A DNA stretch of 60,449 bases. It comes from Octopus sinensis. Lineage: Eukaryota. Of this stretch, positions 12,351 to 26,352 are shown in pieces. The translations under genes and the position numbers were made by a program. The stretch lies in contig NW_021832427.1 in assembly GCF_006345805.1 (NCBI RefSeq), positions 1 through 60,449 on the forward strand, in the 5' to 3' direction. Position 1 is the stretch's first letter. Each line of letters opens with the position of its first letter. The notes beneath the pieces are model-generated. The model was given only the letters and a program-made list of their open reading frames with translations. It did not search any database and was not told where the DNA came from.

Positions 12351-12385
12351 ACGATTCAACATGGTATATACATACATATATATAT

Positions 12386-12429
<44 letters not shown>

Positions 12430-12479
12430 ATAATAGAAGGAAAATTCACACAGTTTATATATAGTTTTAATGTATCTTT

Positions 12480-14150
12480 TTAATATATTTTGTAAGTGAA
12501 AATGTATTGTGTTTGTCGACCGGATTCGCTTTCGCTAATCATGACATTGAAATTATTGTATTTTCATATTTTCTTAAGAGGATTTTAGTCCATATTGTGT
12601 ATGGGACTTTGTGAATGAAATGAATCAACTAGTAGAAAATTCTAAGGGGAGGTACTTGGTGATCGTTATCATTCGGGACAGGGGTGGTAATTGCTTGTAT
12701 TTTGGGGAGGGGATATATAAATATACAAAATCTCAAAAGCCAAAGTAGTGAGATGAAAGATTTTTACAGCGATGGGTACGTGAACATGAAGCAAAATATA
12801 TACTGAGACCAAAGTTGGTTATGCGTTAATATTAAGGCATGTTTTTTTTAAATGGGGATAAGTATCACCTCTAATCTACCATTGCTATTTTCAAAACGTT
12901 GTTGGATACTTCATATATTATTGCCTATTTTGGTGGAAATTCTGTATTCAAATAGGTGGAAACATTCTGTGAAAATAAATCGGATGAAACATTAGTGTCC
13001 TGACGTTCAGAAAGAATAGGATACCGTGACCGGCAGTAGTCATAGATGAAATATGGAGTTAAATTTTAAACCCAAGGTAACCGGGGGATAGTGTCAGCAT
13101 CATTAATGAGAATTCCATTGGAGAAGTGAGTAGGAGTGTCCCATAAGTTCAACGCCGTGAGGAACGACGTATAAAGCTTTTTGAATGGTTGCCCTTCGTC
13201 AAGAAAGTGAAGAAGTGAGAAAAAAGGATTATGCTGCTTGAGATGTGGACAAATAAAGATGGTTGAATATATGATGTATAATGAGTATGTATAGTTTTCT
13301 AATAAAAGTTTCTACCAGACATATTGAATTATTAAATAAAGTATTGTCATAGAACAGAATAAAGCTGACTGTTTTAATTGGTTTCCAGAGAGCAAGCTGA
13401 GAAATGGGTTTCCAAGAAAACTGATTGTTATTCATGCTGATTGAGCAAACTTACGATCAAGGTATTGTAGCCACATGTCTGATCAAATTATGACCATCTC
13501 GTATTTCTCACACATAGTTTATCGTGAATATATTTTTCACATTTAATTCAGTTAAGTGTAAGTCAAAGAATAGATGATTGATCTTTGTAGCAGGTTGAGT
13601 GATATGCAGAGGCTCTTTTATTGTGTCACTGTAATTTAGTCAGAAGTACATCAGATTGTTAAGAAATGCTGATAATGAATCTGAGTGTCACGAGGTCGAG
13701 TTTTCTTACAAGCAGAATCAATTTTTCTTTTAAGTGGGTTTGTGTTCATGGTACATTTCAGTGGAATAGATAAGCCTCAAACTATTAGTTTGAAATGTCA
13801 GCAACTAAAAGATGTAGCTCTATGCTAGTTTACATCATTGAATCGTGCAAGAACCATCTACAAGCTCTTTATAACTTGGAGGGAGAAAGACACTAGTTTC
13901 ATCCATCCCTGTGCATTACCTCCATAGAACATGTGAAATGACACATGTATATGAAAAAAAAAAAGAAAACCCTAACACATTTTACTGTCTTTCAGTATTG
14001 AATATTATTCCTTTGGCTGGAAAATCCCCGTGCGTATCACCAAATTTCTATCTAGATTTCTATCTATCCTTTCTGCTTAAATCTGCAGAAACTGGAGATA
14101 AGACACAACATGCTTTCCCCAAACAGATTTAAGTAATCGAATCTTGCTGA
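12480..14150 (-). mobile_element. Possible heavily degenerate PLE
   Basis: Weak RT-like remnants on the minus strand (LTELNVKNIFT resembling SLDVxSLFT; NNQF..GNP) and a degenerate HHR-like motif at 12514-12546 near the putative 3' end. Confidence 0.3.
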
Positions 14151-14676
14151 ATGTTATTTGTAACTAGATTAATCTTATTTTTTTCTGGATGACTTAATTT
14201 CACTTTTACCGCACCACTTCAAAGCTCTCCAAGCATATTCGGCATAAAAGTGGATGAAGATGGATTTAACGACACGGCATTGTAAATCTTAGACGGATCC
14301 AACCCGTTCAATGATATCTAAAAAAGGTGACGTTTATTCTTAACTTAATAATGTACGTTATAAATTACAATATAATCATAATGGATAAAAACGCAGGGAA
14401 AATGTCGACTTACTTTATGAAAAGGTCTAAAATATATCGTTTTGGGATAGAAAACCATTCACCAGTGGTAGAAAGCATCATTTGACACACTACTATCTTG
14501 TCTTTTATACAACCCCAAGGTAATCCGATAAGAATCTGCATTCAAATTCCTGGATGAAAGCATGAAATAATGGCAGAAGAGTAACAAGAAGATATACATA
14601 CAGACACACACACACACACACACAAACATGCAGATACATAAATGTCATTATATATACATATGTGGGTATATTATAT

Positions 14677-14730
<54 letters not shown>

Positions 14731-14776
14731 CATGCATTCGTATGTCTATAGGGAAACATGCACATACGCGCTCACA

Positions 14777-14807
<31 letters not shown>

Positions 14808-15502
14808 ATCATAATTATTGAATAAACGCAATACATGTTTTTATGTGCTACTATTAGTTTCATGTGCTGAGAACATGCCAAACAATGTTTGAAAACACGT
14901 CTTGTGTCCCTATAGATATTTTTACACAAATATTTATAATGGACTGGTATTAAATTGAATCTAAGCGAAGTCTTCAGTTTCTTATTGGCACCGATTTTTC
15001 AGGAATGTAGAAGGTTACAGTTTTTTTTGGGGGGGGGGGGGGCGAATATTACCTGCCGGTGAGGTTAAATATTAGCTACCGGCGCAAGAACTTTCATGAA
15101 TGCTCAGGAAGGGTTTCATCACCTCTCATTCAAAGAATTTTGCTCACGCAGCATTAGTTTTGGCGGAAAAAGTAAAGCTGGATACTTTTTGTACGCACCT
15201 CGTATATATAAGTATGTATGTAGATATGTATTTTATGCTTCCGCTTATTCTCTATCCCGTGACGGTCGTACATATACATTTCCAATTCTCGTTTTCCCTT
15301 CTCCGCTCTATTCTCTCCATGTCCACCCCATCTTTCAGTAGGAATGTTAATATTCGAAACGTTAAAGCTATTATCCTTTTTCCTTCCATTGCCTGAGCGT
15401 GAAACCAGTACGAAATCTCTGCTTTTTTGCTTCTACCTCATCATTGTGTTTTATTTATAATTATATTTTCATCTTTAACAATAACTATATATAAGTACAT
15501 AC

Positions 15503-15521
15503 ACACACACATACACACACG

Positions 15522-15559
<38 letters not shown>

Positions 15560-15568
15560 AATACACAC

Positions 15569-15652
<84 letters not shown>
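15503..15652. repeat. (CA)n microsatellite
   Basis: Directly visible. Confidence 0.95.
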
Positions 15653-15655
<3 letters not shown>

Positions 15656-16292
15656 TATAATTTTAGATTTATCGGACGAAAATTTATTTTTCGGGCCATG
15701 AAAATTAAATTGTGAATTTAACTGCTGAGTGATTATATTCTCTTTATACATAGTTTTGTTCAAGTCATTTTGAACGCTGTTATGTTTTCGAGATTCTTTT
15801 CCGATAAACTATAGCTAGCGTGAAGAAAGATATCTTCATTACCGATCAATCAGCAATCCTCTCAATGAAGAATCGTTCGATATTTTCGAGTTGTGTCCAC
15901 TTGAAAGACAATTATATTTATTTCAAGTAACAGCTGAAGATTTCGCTCGTGACTGATCAGAGAATATCAATTCATTCAGCTATTTATATCTATAGAACGA
16001 TTTAAAAGACTCGATGCTTGCTCAGCTACCAACTTTTACCATTATTTACTATAAACTTAATGCTCCAGCACCCATCTGTTGTAGATCGTTAGTGTTGACT
16101 TGCTACACTGGGTATTAGGTTTCATAAAGCTTTCAAGTATGCTTGCACAATGATATGAATAGTTATATGCAGCAAATAATGGATGCGAATGCTTCCCAAA
16201 GATATCGAAGTAAAAATATTTACTCATTTGTAAGCTGATTAACGTTAACGAACAATTAAGTTACAGGCTACGTTACAGACTAATATTTTAAT

Positions 16293-16512
16293 AGGGCGGC
16301 AAGCTGGCAGAAACGTTAGCACGCCGGGCGAAATGCGTAGCCGTATTTCGTCTACCGTTACGTTCTGAGTTCAAATTCTGCCGAGGTCGACTTAGCCGTT
16401 CATCCTTTCGGGATAATTAAATAAGTACCAGTTACGATCTGATCGACTTAATCCCTTTGTCTGTCCTTGTTTGTCCCCTCTATGATTAGAACCCATGTGG
16501 GCAATAAAGAAA
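16293..16512 (+). mobile_element. SINE family A
   Basis: GGCGGCAAGCTGGCAGAAACGTTAGCACGCCGGGCGAAATGC... through GGGCAATAAAGAAAT. Confidence 0.88.
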
Positions 16513-16887
16513 TGAATATTTTGGTACGGGATATCCGGTGCAGATGGTTAAAAGGGTGCGTAAATTGCTATGTTTACCCTCAGTTTAAAGAGGCCAGACA
16601 GTATGATGAAAAAAGTAATTAAAAGAATTATGTAGATGCAAACTGCATTTTGTCTTTCATTTAAAAAGTTTAGTATTTTTGTAGATGTGAATCCCCGCTA
16701 TAGACAATAGAAGGTATGCAAACACATTGCACACCAGGCCCTAGTTCCAGCTTTGACAAAGAAAATAGTATATTGGACTTCAAGACCTATTTGAGTCTTC
16801 ATAACACAAATTAAAATGGTTTTTATAGAGCAAAACGTATGTCTTGTGTCTTACGTTTTACTTACGTATATTTCGTATATGAAGTAT

Positions 16888-17270
16888 GGAAGCACTCCGT
16901 CGGTTACGACGATGAGGGTTCCGGTTGATCCGAATCAACGGAACAGCCTGCTCGTGAAATTAACGTGTAAGTGGCTGAGCACTCCACAGACACGTGTACC
17001 CTTAACGTAGTTCTCGGGGATATTCAGCGTGACACAGAGAGTGACAAGGCCGGCCCTTTGAGATACAGGTACAACAGAAACAGGAAGTAAGAGTGAGAGA
17101 AAGTTGTGGTGAAAGAGTACAGCAGGGATCACCACCACCACTGCCGGAGCCTCGTGGAGCTTTAGGTGTTTTCGCTCAATAAACACTCACAACGCCCGGT
17201 CTGGGAATCGAAACCGCGATCCTACGACCGCGAGTCCGCTGCCCTAACCACTGGGTCATTGCGCCTCCAC
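16888..17270 (-). mobile_element. tRNA-derived SINE family C, tail type 1
   Basis: Head GAGGCGCAATGACCCAGTGGTTAGGGCAG..GGTTTCGATTCCC with A- and B-box-like motifs; 11-bp TSD ATATGAAGTAT at 16877-16887 and 17271-17281. Confidence 0.9.
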
Positions 17271-17293
17271 ATATGAAGTATATAAAGTATATG

Positions 17294-17612
17294 AAGGTGC
17301 GTGGCTTAGCATTCAGCTCACAATCGTTAAGTTGTGAGTTCAATTCCAGGTGGGACGTTGAGTATCTTGAGCAAGACACTTTATTTTATATCATGCTGCT
17401 CCAGTCCACACAGCTGGCAAAAACCCTAACCCTAACCCTAAACCAGTAGTTCAAAGGGTTATCCTTGTCATATTCTGTGTCACGCGGTATCTCTTAAGGA
17501 TATGCGTGTCCGTGAAGTGCTCAGCCACTCGCTCATTAATTTTTTGAGGAGGCTGTTCTGTTGACGAGTTCGGGTAGAATCCTTGTCGTCGTAACCAGGT
17601 GATAGAGTGCCA
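17294..17612 (+). mobile_element. Diverged SINE family D sharing tail type 1
   Basis: B-box GAGTTCAATTCC. Tail GTGCTCAGCCACT..TTAATTT..GAG.AGGCTGTTC.GTTGA..GTCGTCGTAACC matches the tail of 16888-17270. Confidence 0.7.
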
Positions 17613-18095
17613 GTTCTTAGTTTATTTAGTTTTGAAGATTCATTTCCTAACCAATAATAATGAGCAGCTTGGATTATTGACAATTGAAAATGGAGAAATA
17701 CATTGATTACGTAACAGCGGTGAAATCAACAAATCCAGTCCTTGAAGCCTATTCTCAGCCTCGACCATTTCAATGATACGGAGATATAAAATATAATATG
17801 CACTTAGTGAATAGAGTAACACTTTCCATTCCTGAAATTCTAAACAATTACAACATACAAACAAAACATTCGTCTAGTTTCTTTCTATGTAAGAACATGG
17901 TATGCTTTCGATCATGATGATGGTGATTGAAAATTATTCTTTTATGAATGCACGCAAAAGTTTGTGAAAGGGAAATAACAACGACAATGGATTTCTTGAA
18001 GTGTAATTGGGAGTAAATTCTGAAGGTAAAATCCTAGCGAATTTTACCTCAACCAGAATTAAATCTACTCTAAAATTTCTTAGAATCTACTTCAG

Positions 18096-18419
<324 letters not shown>

Positions 18420-18453
18420 ATATATGTTTATATATATATATGTATATGTATGC

Positions 18454-18540
<87 letters not shown>

Positions 18541-18544
<4 letters not shown>

Positions 18545-18670
18545 GAACAACTCGACACCAGGACTTATTCTTTGTAAGCCTAGTACTTATTCTATCGACC
18601 TCTTTTGCCGAACCGCTAGATTACGGGGACGTAAACACACTCACGTGATGGCGATGGGAGAAACACAGAC

Positions 18671-18738
<68 letters not shown>

Positions 18739-18910
18739 GTATATATACTACGGGCTTCTTTCAGTTTCCGTCTAACAAATCCAATCACAGGGCTTTGGTC
18801 AGCCCGAGGCTGTAGTAGAAGACACTTGCCCAAGGTGCCACGCAGTGAGACTGCACCCGGAACCATGTAGTTGGGAAGCAAGCTTCTTACCACAACAGCC
18901 ACTCCTGTGC
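18541..18910 (-). mobile_element. SINE family B, 3'-truncated
   Basis: Head ends ACAGCCACTCCTGTGC; body matches other B copies. Confidence 0.85.
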
Positions 18911-18978
18911 ATGCCAATAAAATTCACTTAACAATAGATAATACACACACGCACATTCATACACCTCTTTATAGGTGT

Positions 18979-19375
18979 ACTCTCTACTCTTTTACTCTTT
19001 TACTTGTTTCAGTCATTTGACTGCGGCCATTCTGGAGCACCGCCTTTAATCGAGCAACTCGACCCCGGGACTTATTCTTTGTAAGCCCAGTACTTATTCT
19101 ATCGGTCTCTTTTGCCGAACCGTTAAGTGACGGGGACATAAACACACCAGCATCGGTTGTCAAGCAATGCTAGGGGGACAAACACAAACATACACGCACA
19201 TATATATACATATATACGACAGGCTTCTTTCAGTTTCCGTTTACCAAATCCACTCACAAGGCTTTGGTTGGCCCGAGGCTATAGCAGAAGACACTTGCCC
19301 AAGTTGCCACGCAGTGGGATTGAACCCGGAACCATGTGGTTAGTAAACAAGCTACTTACCACACAGCCACTCCTG
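18979..19375 (-). mobile_element. SINE family B, full length
   Basis: Runs from the (TACTCTTT)n tail to CAGCCACTCCTGC. Confidence 0.9.
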
Positions 19376-19609
19376 CAGGCAAATATGTATGTGTATGTAT
19401 GTATATATATATATATACATATTTTTGTATGCATATATAAATGAGTATCTTATTCCTATCGTTCCCGTTCATCAGCCTCTGCTTCATGTTTTGCTGGTAC
19501 TAGATTGCAAGACATGAATCACCACTAGGGAACCTTTCGTCTTGCATCTTTCTTAGAGTCCCTCAAACTTTTTGCAAAACTTCGAAGGATATCTTATATA
19601 ATTGTGAAC

Positions 19610-19956
<347 letters not shown>

Positions 19957-19957
<1 letters not shown>

Positions 19958-20225
19958 AGTTTTCTCACTATAAAGATCTGTAAATCGAAATTTAAAAAAT
20001 GTGGAAGTTTTGTGCTACGATAAAATCAGTAGTAATTGGTGCGTTGAGAATGACAAAGAAGGGAACTGAGAAGTACATTAAGCAAATCCCTGGTAACTCC
20101 AATCTCCGCGAACTACAAAAGGTAACATTGATGGATTACAGCCCCTATGCTACGGAAAGCCCTCGCCATCTAAAATGGAGTAAATGTGATAATTTTAGCA
20201 TGTATGCTTTTTTGATTTTTTTCTA
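19957..20225 (+). mobile_element. 3' fragment of an R4/Dong-type LINE
   Basis: Translates as KFSHYKDL*IEI*KMWK..VVIGALRMTKKGTEKYIKQIPGNSNLRELQKVTL, homologous to the C-terminus encoded at 20716-20920; follows (AAT)n. Confidence 0.75.
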
Positions 20226-20319
20226 TTGAAACGCTTTCATGTAACTACCTTCATGCAACTGCACACTGTATCATCCTGTACGGTCCTCAACCTGTTCATA
20301 GACAAAGAGAAAGGAACTG

Positions 20320-20340
20320 CTCTTCTTCTTCTTCTCCTCC

Positions 20341-20372
<32 letters not shown>

Positions 20373-20502
20373 CTTCTTCTTCTGCTTCTTCTTCTTCTTC
20401 TTCTTCTTCTTCTTCTTCTTCTTCTTCTTCTTCTTCGCCTCCTTCTTCTCCTCCTCCTCCTCCTTCTTTTCCTCCTCCTCCTCCTCCTCCTCCTTCTTCT
20501 TC

Positions 20503-20538
<36 letters not shown>
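20320..20538. repeat. (CTT)n/(CTC)n/(TTA)n array
   Basis: Directly visible. Confidence 0.95.
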
Positions 20539-20539
<1 letters not shown>

Positions 20540-22478
20540 TTTTTTTTTCTTCTTTCAAATTTTCTTCCATTTCTTGCCGAGTGTCTTCCCGACTCCTAGG
20601 GCAAAGAAACTCATAGTGTATATTGGTAGGCCATTAAACCAAACTCAGTAGTTCGTTCATTTTTTTTTTTTTTTTTTTTTAAAGTTAAATTAAAATACAT
20701 GAGCAGCAACAGTTCTCACATCGACAATGCTCTTCTCAATACGTGTGATGTACCAGTTAAGACAATCTTTTGCACTTCTTGCAGGGATGGTAAGCCAGGG
20801 ATCATTCTCATATAATTTTCGGTTCCCTTCTTGATCATTCCTAGTGCTCCTACGATCACTGGCATTGTAACCGCCTTGAGATGCCACATTTTCTCAATTT
20901 CAATGAGTAGGTCTTTATATATTATCTGAGCTTGTCAAACTCTTTCGCTGAGATATTATGATCACAGGGGATGCTCATGTCGATCAATAAGCAAACTTTA
21001 TTGTTTTGGTCTTTCACAACAATATCTGGTTTATTGGCCTTGATGGTTCGGTCTGTATGTACTGGAAAGTCCCACAGAATGGTTACATTTTCTCCTTCAG
21101 TTACAGCCTCAGGGTGGTGATTATACCACTTGTCGGCAGTTTTGATATTGTAATGCCGACTTATTAGCCAGTGGAGATATTGGCCAACTCTGTCATGTCT
21201 TAATTTATACTCCACTGGTGCTAAGACTTTACATCCAGAGATTAGGTGGTCCACTGTTTCAATCATGTCGTTGCAGAATCGGCATTTTGGGTCTGCTCCA
21301 TTTTTCATCACATTGGCCTGGTAGTTCCGGGTTAATAGGCTTTGGTCTTGAGCAGCCAGGATGAAACCTTCGCTCTCTGCTTTTAGCCCTGAGCTCCGCA
21401 GCCACTGATGGGTTGGCTTCTGGTCAACATCAGCTTGTTTGCTGCGGGTCACATATTTGCCGTGCAGAGGTTTCTCCTCCCACCTATCAGCCAATTGCTC
21501 GTGCGCTTTTTTCATCGCCATCATTTTCACCTTCTTTGCAACAATAGTTGCCGTACTTCCCTCGGGTTGTTCAGTTTGGGTATCCTGCACGAGATCAATA
21601 GCAAATTTTTTGCTTTCCTTGATGATAGAATGAAGCTTCTTTCGTCTCTCGTGATTTTCCACGAGCTTTAGCATCCAGTCATTCGATATTTCGAGATATT
21701 TGGCCAGTCCAATTGTGGTTGTTTTGTAAGCTAGTTCAAATTGGATCAGGCCTCGACCTCCTTGGGCTCTGGGAAGGTAAAGGCGATCTACGTCTGCCTT
21801 TGGGTGGTGCATCCTATTACAACTCAGCAGCTTGCGTATTTTTCTATCTATATTCTTTACTTCACTCATATTCCAGTTCAACACATTGTAGCTATAAGTA
21901 ACAACTGGAACTGCTAAGGAATTTATAGCTAACACCTTGTTACGTGCATTTAGTTCAGATTTCAGGACTGCACGAACTCTCCTATAACATTCCTTCCTGA
22001 TTTTCTCTTTCATGCTTGCATGCTGAATACCAGAGCCTTCATTTATCCCTAAATATTTGTATGTTTGTTCTTGCTCAAGCTCTCTTATGACTGTGTCAAC
22101 ATCTAACACGACTGAATTTGTGGTCTTCACTTTCCCTTTCTGGAAAGTGGCCTTGGCACACTTCTCAAGTCCAAACTCCATCCCGATGTCATCGAAAGTT
22201 TTAAGTCATCCATATAACATAGATGGCTTATTTTTTTATTGGCAATTTTATACCCATATCCTGTTCTGTTTAATTCACTTGTAAGCGGTATTAGGGCTAT
22301 GCAGAATATTAAAGGTGAAAGTGAGTCACCTTGAAAAATTCCACAGTTGATGTTTATATTTTCTGAGGCAAGTACTCCATTAGAGTGGTATAATTGGAGA
22401 TTCGTATTCCACAACGACATATTGTGCTTCAGGAAGTTTGAAATCACAGGGGAAATTTTAAAGATGTCCAGTGATCTC
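20540..22478 (-). mobile_element. 5'-truncated R4/Dong-clade non-LTR retrotransposon (RT plus restriction-like endonuclease) inserted in (AAT)n
   Basis: (TTA)n on both flanks. Motifs: GIFQGDSLSPL, HLCYMDDLKL, FGLEKC, YKYLG, LYLPRAQGGRGL, CCHC knuckle CRFC..ETVDHLISGC, RHDRV, KPDIVV..LLIDMSIP. 3' UTR about 175 bp. Confidence 0.93.
20716..22478 (-). pseudogene. R4/Dong polyprotein remnant (RT C-half, zinc knuckle, PD-(D/E)xK endonuclease)
   Basis: ORFs 22127-22480 and 20922-22181 are joined by a deletion or frameshift after YMDDLKL. One premature stop at 20922, after which YKDLLIEIEKMWHL...RRALSM* continues to 20716. Confidence 0.9.
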
Positions 22479-22479
22479 A

Positions 22480-22535
<56 letters not shown>

Positions 22536-22574
22536 CGTGAAAATGATCACTATTATTATTATTATTATTACTAA

Positions 22575-22625
<51 letters not shown>

Positions 22626-22661
22626 CGTAAAAATGATCACTATTATTATTATTATTACTAA

Positions 22662-22699
<38 letters not shown>

Positions 22700-22703
22700 T
22701 TAT

Positions 22704-23185
22704 TGAATGAGAGAGCAGTGCATGCCATCAAAGTGACACTGGGGTAAAATATACGAAGCCCAATATAGCCATCATGACTACCCGTCTGATAAGGGTACAC
22801 CAGGCACATGCATCACAACCATATGTGCGCGACATGGTGATCTCATATCAAGATAAACAGCGCATGACCTTGCAGATGGGGCCCAGTTAGAATTTTCTTC
22901 AGGTTGAGTAGGCCATCCCGCTCAAAAGGTCCCTGAATAAGGGTTGTTTAAGGATGTTGAAAAAACCACCCATGTTTCCAGAGGTGAATTATTCAAACCC
23001 CAAAGAATCCCTCTCAACACATGGCTGTGATGCTCCCCCACTACTTCTGCTCGTGATCAGAGATGCACATATCGTCAGCCACTAAGGGACATGGTCAACT
23101 GGTTATGGTCAAACAACTGACAAGCAAATCTGTGGTATTGAGCAGAATATTTGCTGTAGCCCATCTTTTATACCAAGACAAAACA
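22704..23185 (-). mobile_element. Non-coding element in (AAT)n, 5'-truncated copy of 30917-31470
   Basis: High-identity reverse complement of about 30987-31470 with the same end next to (AAT)n. Confidence 0.8.
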
Positions 23186-23257
<72 letters not shown>

Positions 23258-24009
23258 CATTTTCACTATTATTATTATTATTATTATCATCATTATTATT
23301 AATGCTGCTGCTGCTGCTTTTTGATCAGGATTATTATATTGTAAACATGCAATAGCATCAGCAACGGAAGTTGTTGTTTTGTTTCCTGTTTTCACTGCTA
23401 CTGGATCAGCTTGCCGTTGTCGTTGCTGTCGCTGTTTCTTGTTATTTCTTTCCCCATCAATCTATCTTCTGCCATCAATCTAAACGTCTTAACAATAATT
23501 AACCTACATTTCCTAAAACTAAATACGAAAAACTCTATTCAATTCTACATGATATTTAATAGTATGACAATCATAGCTATCGTCATCATTGATGCTGTGT
23601 TTGTAGTTGCTGCTCTTGTTGCTTCTAATGTTATGTTTTTTTTAACGCTTACAGCAGTTGTTGTTGCTGCTGTTGTTATGGTCTTTGCTTCTGTTGTTGA
23701 TAAATTTACCGATACTTTCAATTCCGTTATTTTCTCTTCTTTGTGTCATCCTCACCACTTCACTGCTAAGTTGTTGTTGTTGTCCCTATATTTCTTGCCG
23801 TTGCTTTTTCGCCTGCTTGTTGTTGTTATTGCTCTTGATGTGATGTTGGTGTTGTTCATATTTCTTCCAAGGAATTTTGTGTTCCCCTTTAGTTTTTTCT
23901 GTTAAGTTGGTAGCTTTTTTCGTTGTTTATACTCTTAGTTCTGTTCGTTCTTCCTACATGTTCGTATTGATATTATTGGAAATGTGAATTTTATCGATAT
24001 TAATTTTTC

Positions 24010-24038
24010 TGTAGTGGTAATAGTAGTAATAATAATAA

Positions 24039-24094
<56 letters not shown>

Positions 24095-24126
24095 ATAGTA
24101 GTAGTAGTAATAATAGTAGTAGTAGC

Positions 24127-24172
<46 letters not shown>

Positions 24173-24204
24173 ATAGTAGTAGTAGTAATAATAGTAGTAG
24201 TGGC

Positions 24205-24251
<47 letters not shown>

Positions 24252-24280
24252 CAGCAGCAGCAACGCCAGTAGTAGTAGTC
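24010..24280. repeat. (GTA)n array
   Basis: Directly visible. Confidence 0.95.
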
Positions 24281-24506
24281 GCTGTTTTTTTAAATCCAAG
24301 ATCGGGACATACCAACGGTATTGCTTCCACTCATGACTGTCCCGTTTAACTTAAGATGCATAAAAGAGAACCCGCCAAAATCTTCCTCTTTTCAAGACTG
24401 CTAAGTGTCATTAGACGGAAATTTAGTTCTTATTTCTAGCTGGTCGAGCAACCACGTAGAAACTCCCTCTTTATCTGTTCCATTTTACAATTATGAAAAT
24501 AGGAGA

Positions 24507-24700
24507 CGAGTTGGCAGAATCGTTAGTACACCAGGCAAAATGCTTAGCGGCCTTTCGTCTGTCTTTACCTTCTGATTTCACAGACCCGCCGAGTTCGACT
24601 CTGCCTTTCATCCATTCGTGGCCAATAAAATAACTACCAGTTACGCACTGGAGTCGATGTAATCTCAGGCATTGTCCTTATAGTAGAAAGGATTATTACA
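24507..24700 (+). mobile_element. Diverged SINE A-type copy
   Basis: GAGTTGGCAGAATCGTTAG..AAATGCTTAGCG..GACTCTGCCTTTCATCC. Confidence 0.7.
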
Positions 24701-24879
24701 GTAAGTCTTGGTATTATAGCTCTTAGCAAATTCTCTGTAGATGGAGCAGAACCGATTTGATGTTTTTGTTTCTTTTCGTTCTTTTATATCTTAGCAATTA
24801 ATTTTGTAAGACCGAGTTTAAATTTGGTTTTATGATCTCTATCTTTGATTATGAACATATCTTTATCTTTTATATTTCA

Positions 24880-25075
24880 CATGTTTCACTCATTAGACTG
24901 CGGTCATGCTGGGGCACTGCATTGAAGAATGTTAGTAAACAAATCGTCCCCAGTACATATTTTTAAGGCATGGTATTTATTCTATTGTCTGTTTTGTCAA
25001 ACCGGTAAGTGACAGGGACGTTGACATACGTACAACGTTTGACAATCGTTGGTAAGGCACAAACACAGGCTCAAA
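24880..25075 (-). mobile_element. Diverged SINE B-type 3' half
   Basis: TGTTTCACTCATTAGACTGCGGTCATGCTGGGGCAC.. matches the B tail. Confidence 0.65.
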
Positions 25076-25081
25076 AACACA

Positions 25082-25120
<39 letters not shown>

Positions 25121-25501
25121 CAATCAAAAGGGTAATAATATTATAGATTACTACCAGTGACCCAGCACAAAAGACGAATTAGTCATTAGACAAAATATTA
25201 TTCATATAGAAAAAAATTATTCATGTAGAAATATAATTAAGGGCTCCTAAATAAGGATGCCAAGTGCTAGGGACACAAAAAAGGGATAAACTTATCGAGA
25301 GTGAAAATCAAAAACATTTACCGATAACTTTACCTCCCGGACTGATATCAGTTTCTACCTCTTTCTAGCAAAACAGACAGAATATGTTTGCTAAGGCCGG
25401 TTTCAGATGCCTAAGTTAAATCGAGATGCGCAGCGCGTTAGACCAAGTGTTGATCTCAACAACTTGCACATCTTAACTTTTCAAATCTCTGCGCTGACGC
25501 A

Positions 25502-25532
<31 letters not shown>

Positions 25533-25815
25533 CAACAATTGAGGGTAAAATTAATTAATTATTAATCAATTTCACCAAGTATTCAGTATGTAAAGGGACC
25601 ATTTAAGGCTAATTCAAAATATTACATTATATAAAAGGGCTTAGTAAAATAAATTACTTTGCCACATACTGAACTCATTAGAAATAGCAGCTAAAAAATT
25701 TTTTTTAGCCATTTCTAATACTTAAAGAAAATCTCTCTCAGATAGTGTTTGCTCAAACCAACTCACGAAGGTATGGGGGTAAAAACATTAAAAAATCACA
25801 AGTGCAAAGGTTATT

Positions 25816-25867
25816 TGAGAACGTACGTTTCTAGATTAGTCAAATCGACATTTCTTTCGTCAGCTCA
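25816..25867 (-). ncRNA. Type I hammerhead ribozyme
   Basis: Sense reads UGAG-CUGACGA-AAGA..UCUA-GAAA-CGUACGUU-CUCA. Confidence 0.7.
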
Positions 25868-26122
25868 GAACTCCTTGATTCGGATTTGGGAATTGTTGAA
25901 ATTATAATTCATTTCTCTCTGTTTAATGCTTCGGTTTTCACCGATAAAACATAGTGTTTGCCAATTTTAACCCACGCTGGTGGAAAGGGGAGAGCAGAAA
26001 TTCTTCGCTTGCATATTTTGAATTTGTTAGCACTGTTAGTTCGAGCGGATTTCCGGAGGTGATAAGAAGCCAAAAGGGTATGCTCCCACTTTCAGTGTTC
26101 CCAAATCCGAATCAAGGAGTTC

Positions 26123-26174
26123 TGAGCTGACGAAAGAAATGTCGATTTGACTAATCTAGAAACGTACGTTCTCA
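26123..26174 (+). ncRNA. Type I hammerhead ribozyme
   Basis: TGAG-CTGACGA-AAGAAATGTCGATTTGACTAATCTA-GAAA-CGTACGTT-CTCA. Confidence 0.7.
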
Positions 26175-26352
26175 AATAACCTTTGCACTTGTGATTTTTT
26201 AATGTTTTTACCCCCATACCTTCGTGAGTTGGTTTGAGCAAACACTATCTGAGAGAGATTTTCTTTAAGTATTAGAAATGGCTAAATTTTTTTAGCTGCT
26301 ATTTCTAATGAGTTCAGTATGTGGCAAAGTAATTTATTTTACTAAGCCCTTT

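Noticed and set aside
15021-15043. Poly-T followed by a long G run (G-quadruplex candidate)
   Set aside because: An isolated homopolymer whose length is unreliable and which has no context.
19460-19480. CTGATGA on the minus strand
   Set aside because: No stem II or GAAA follows.
23411-23905. 164-aa hydrophobic ORF that looks like a membrane protein
   Set aside because: It reads through a decayed (TTG/CTG)n-type low-complexity tract and starts at TTG; there is no splice or domain support.
25335-25412. Hammerhead-like GAAA-CUGAUAUCAG-UC on the minus strand
   Set aside because: No CUGANGA core and no stem I partner upstream; only a 12-bp palindrome.
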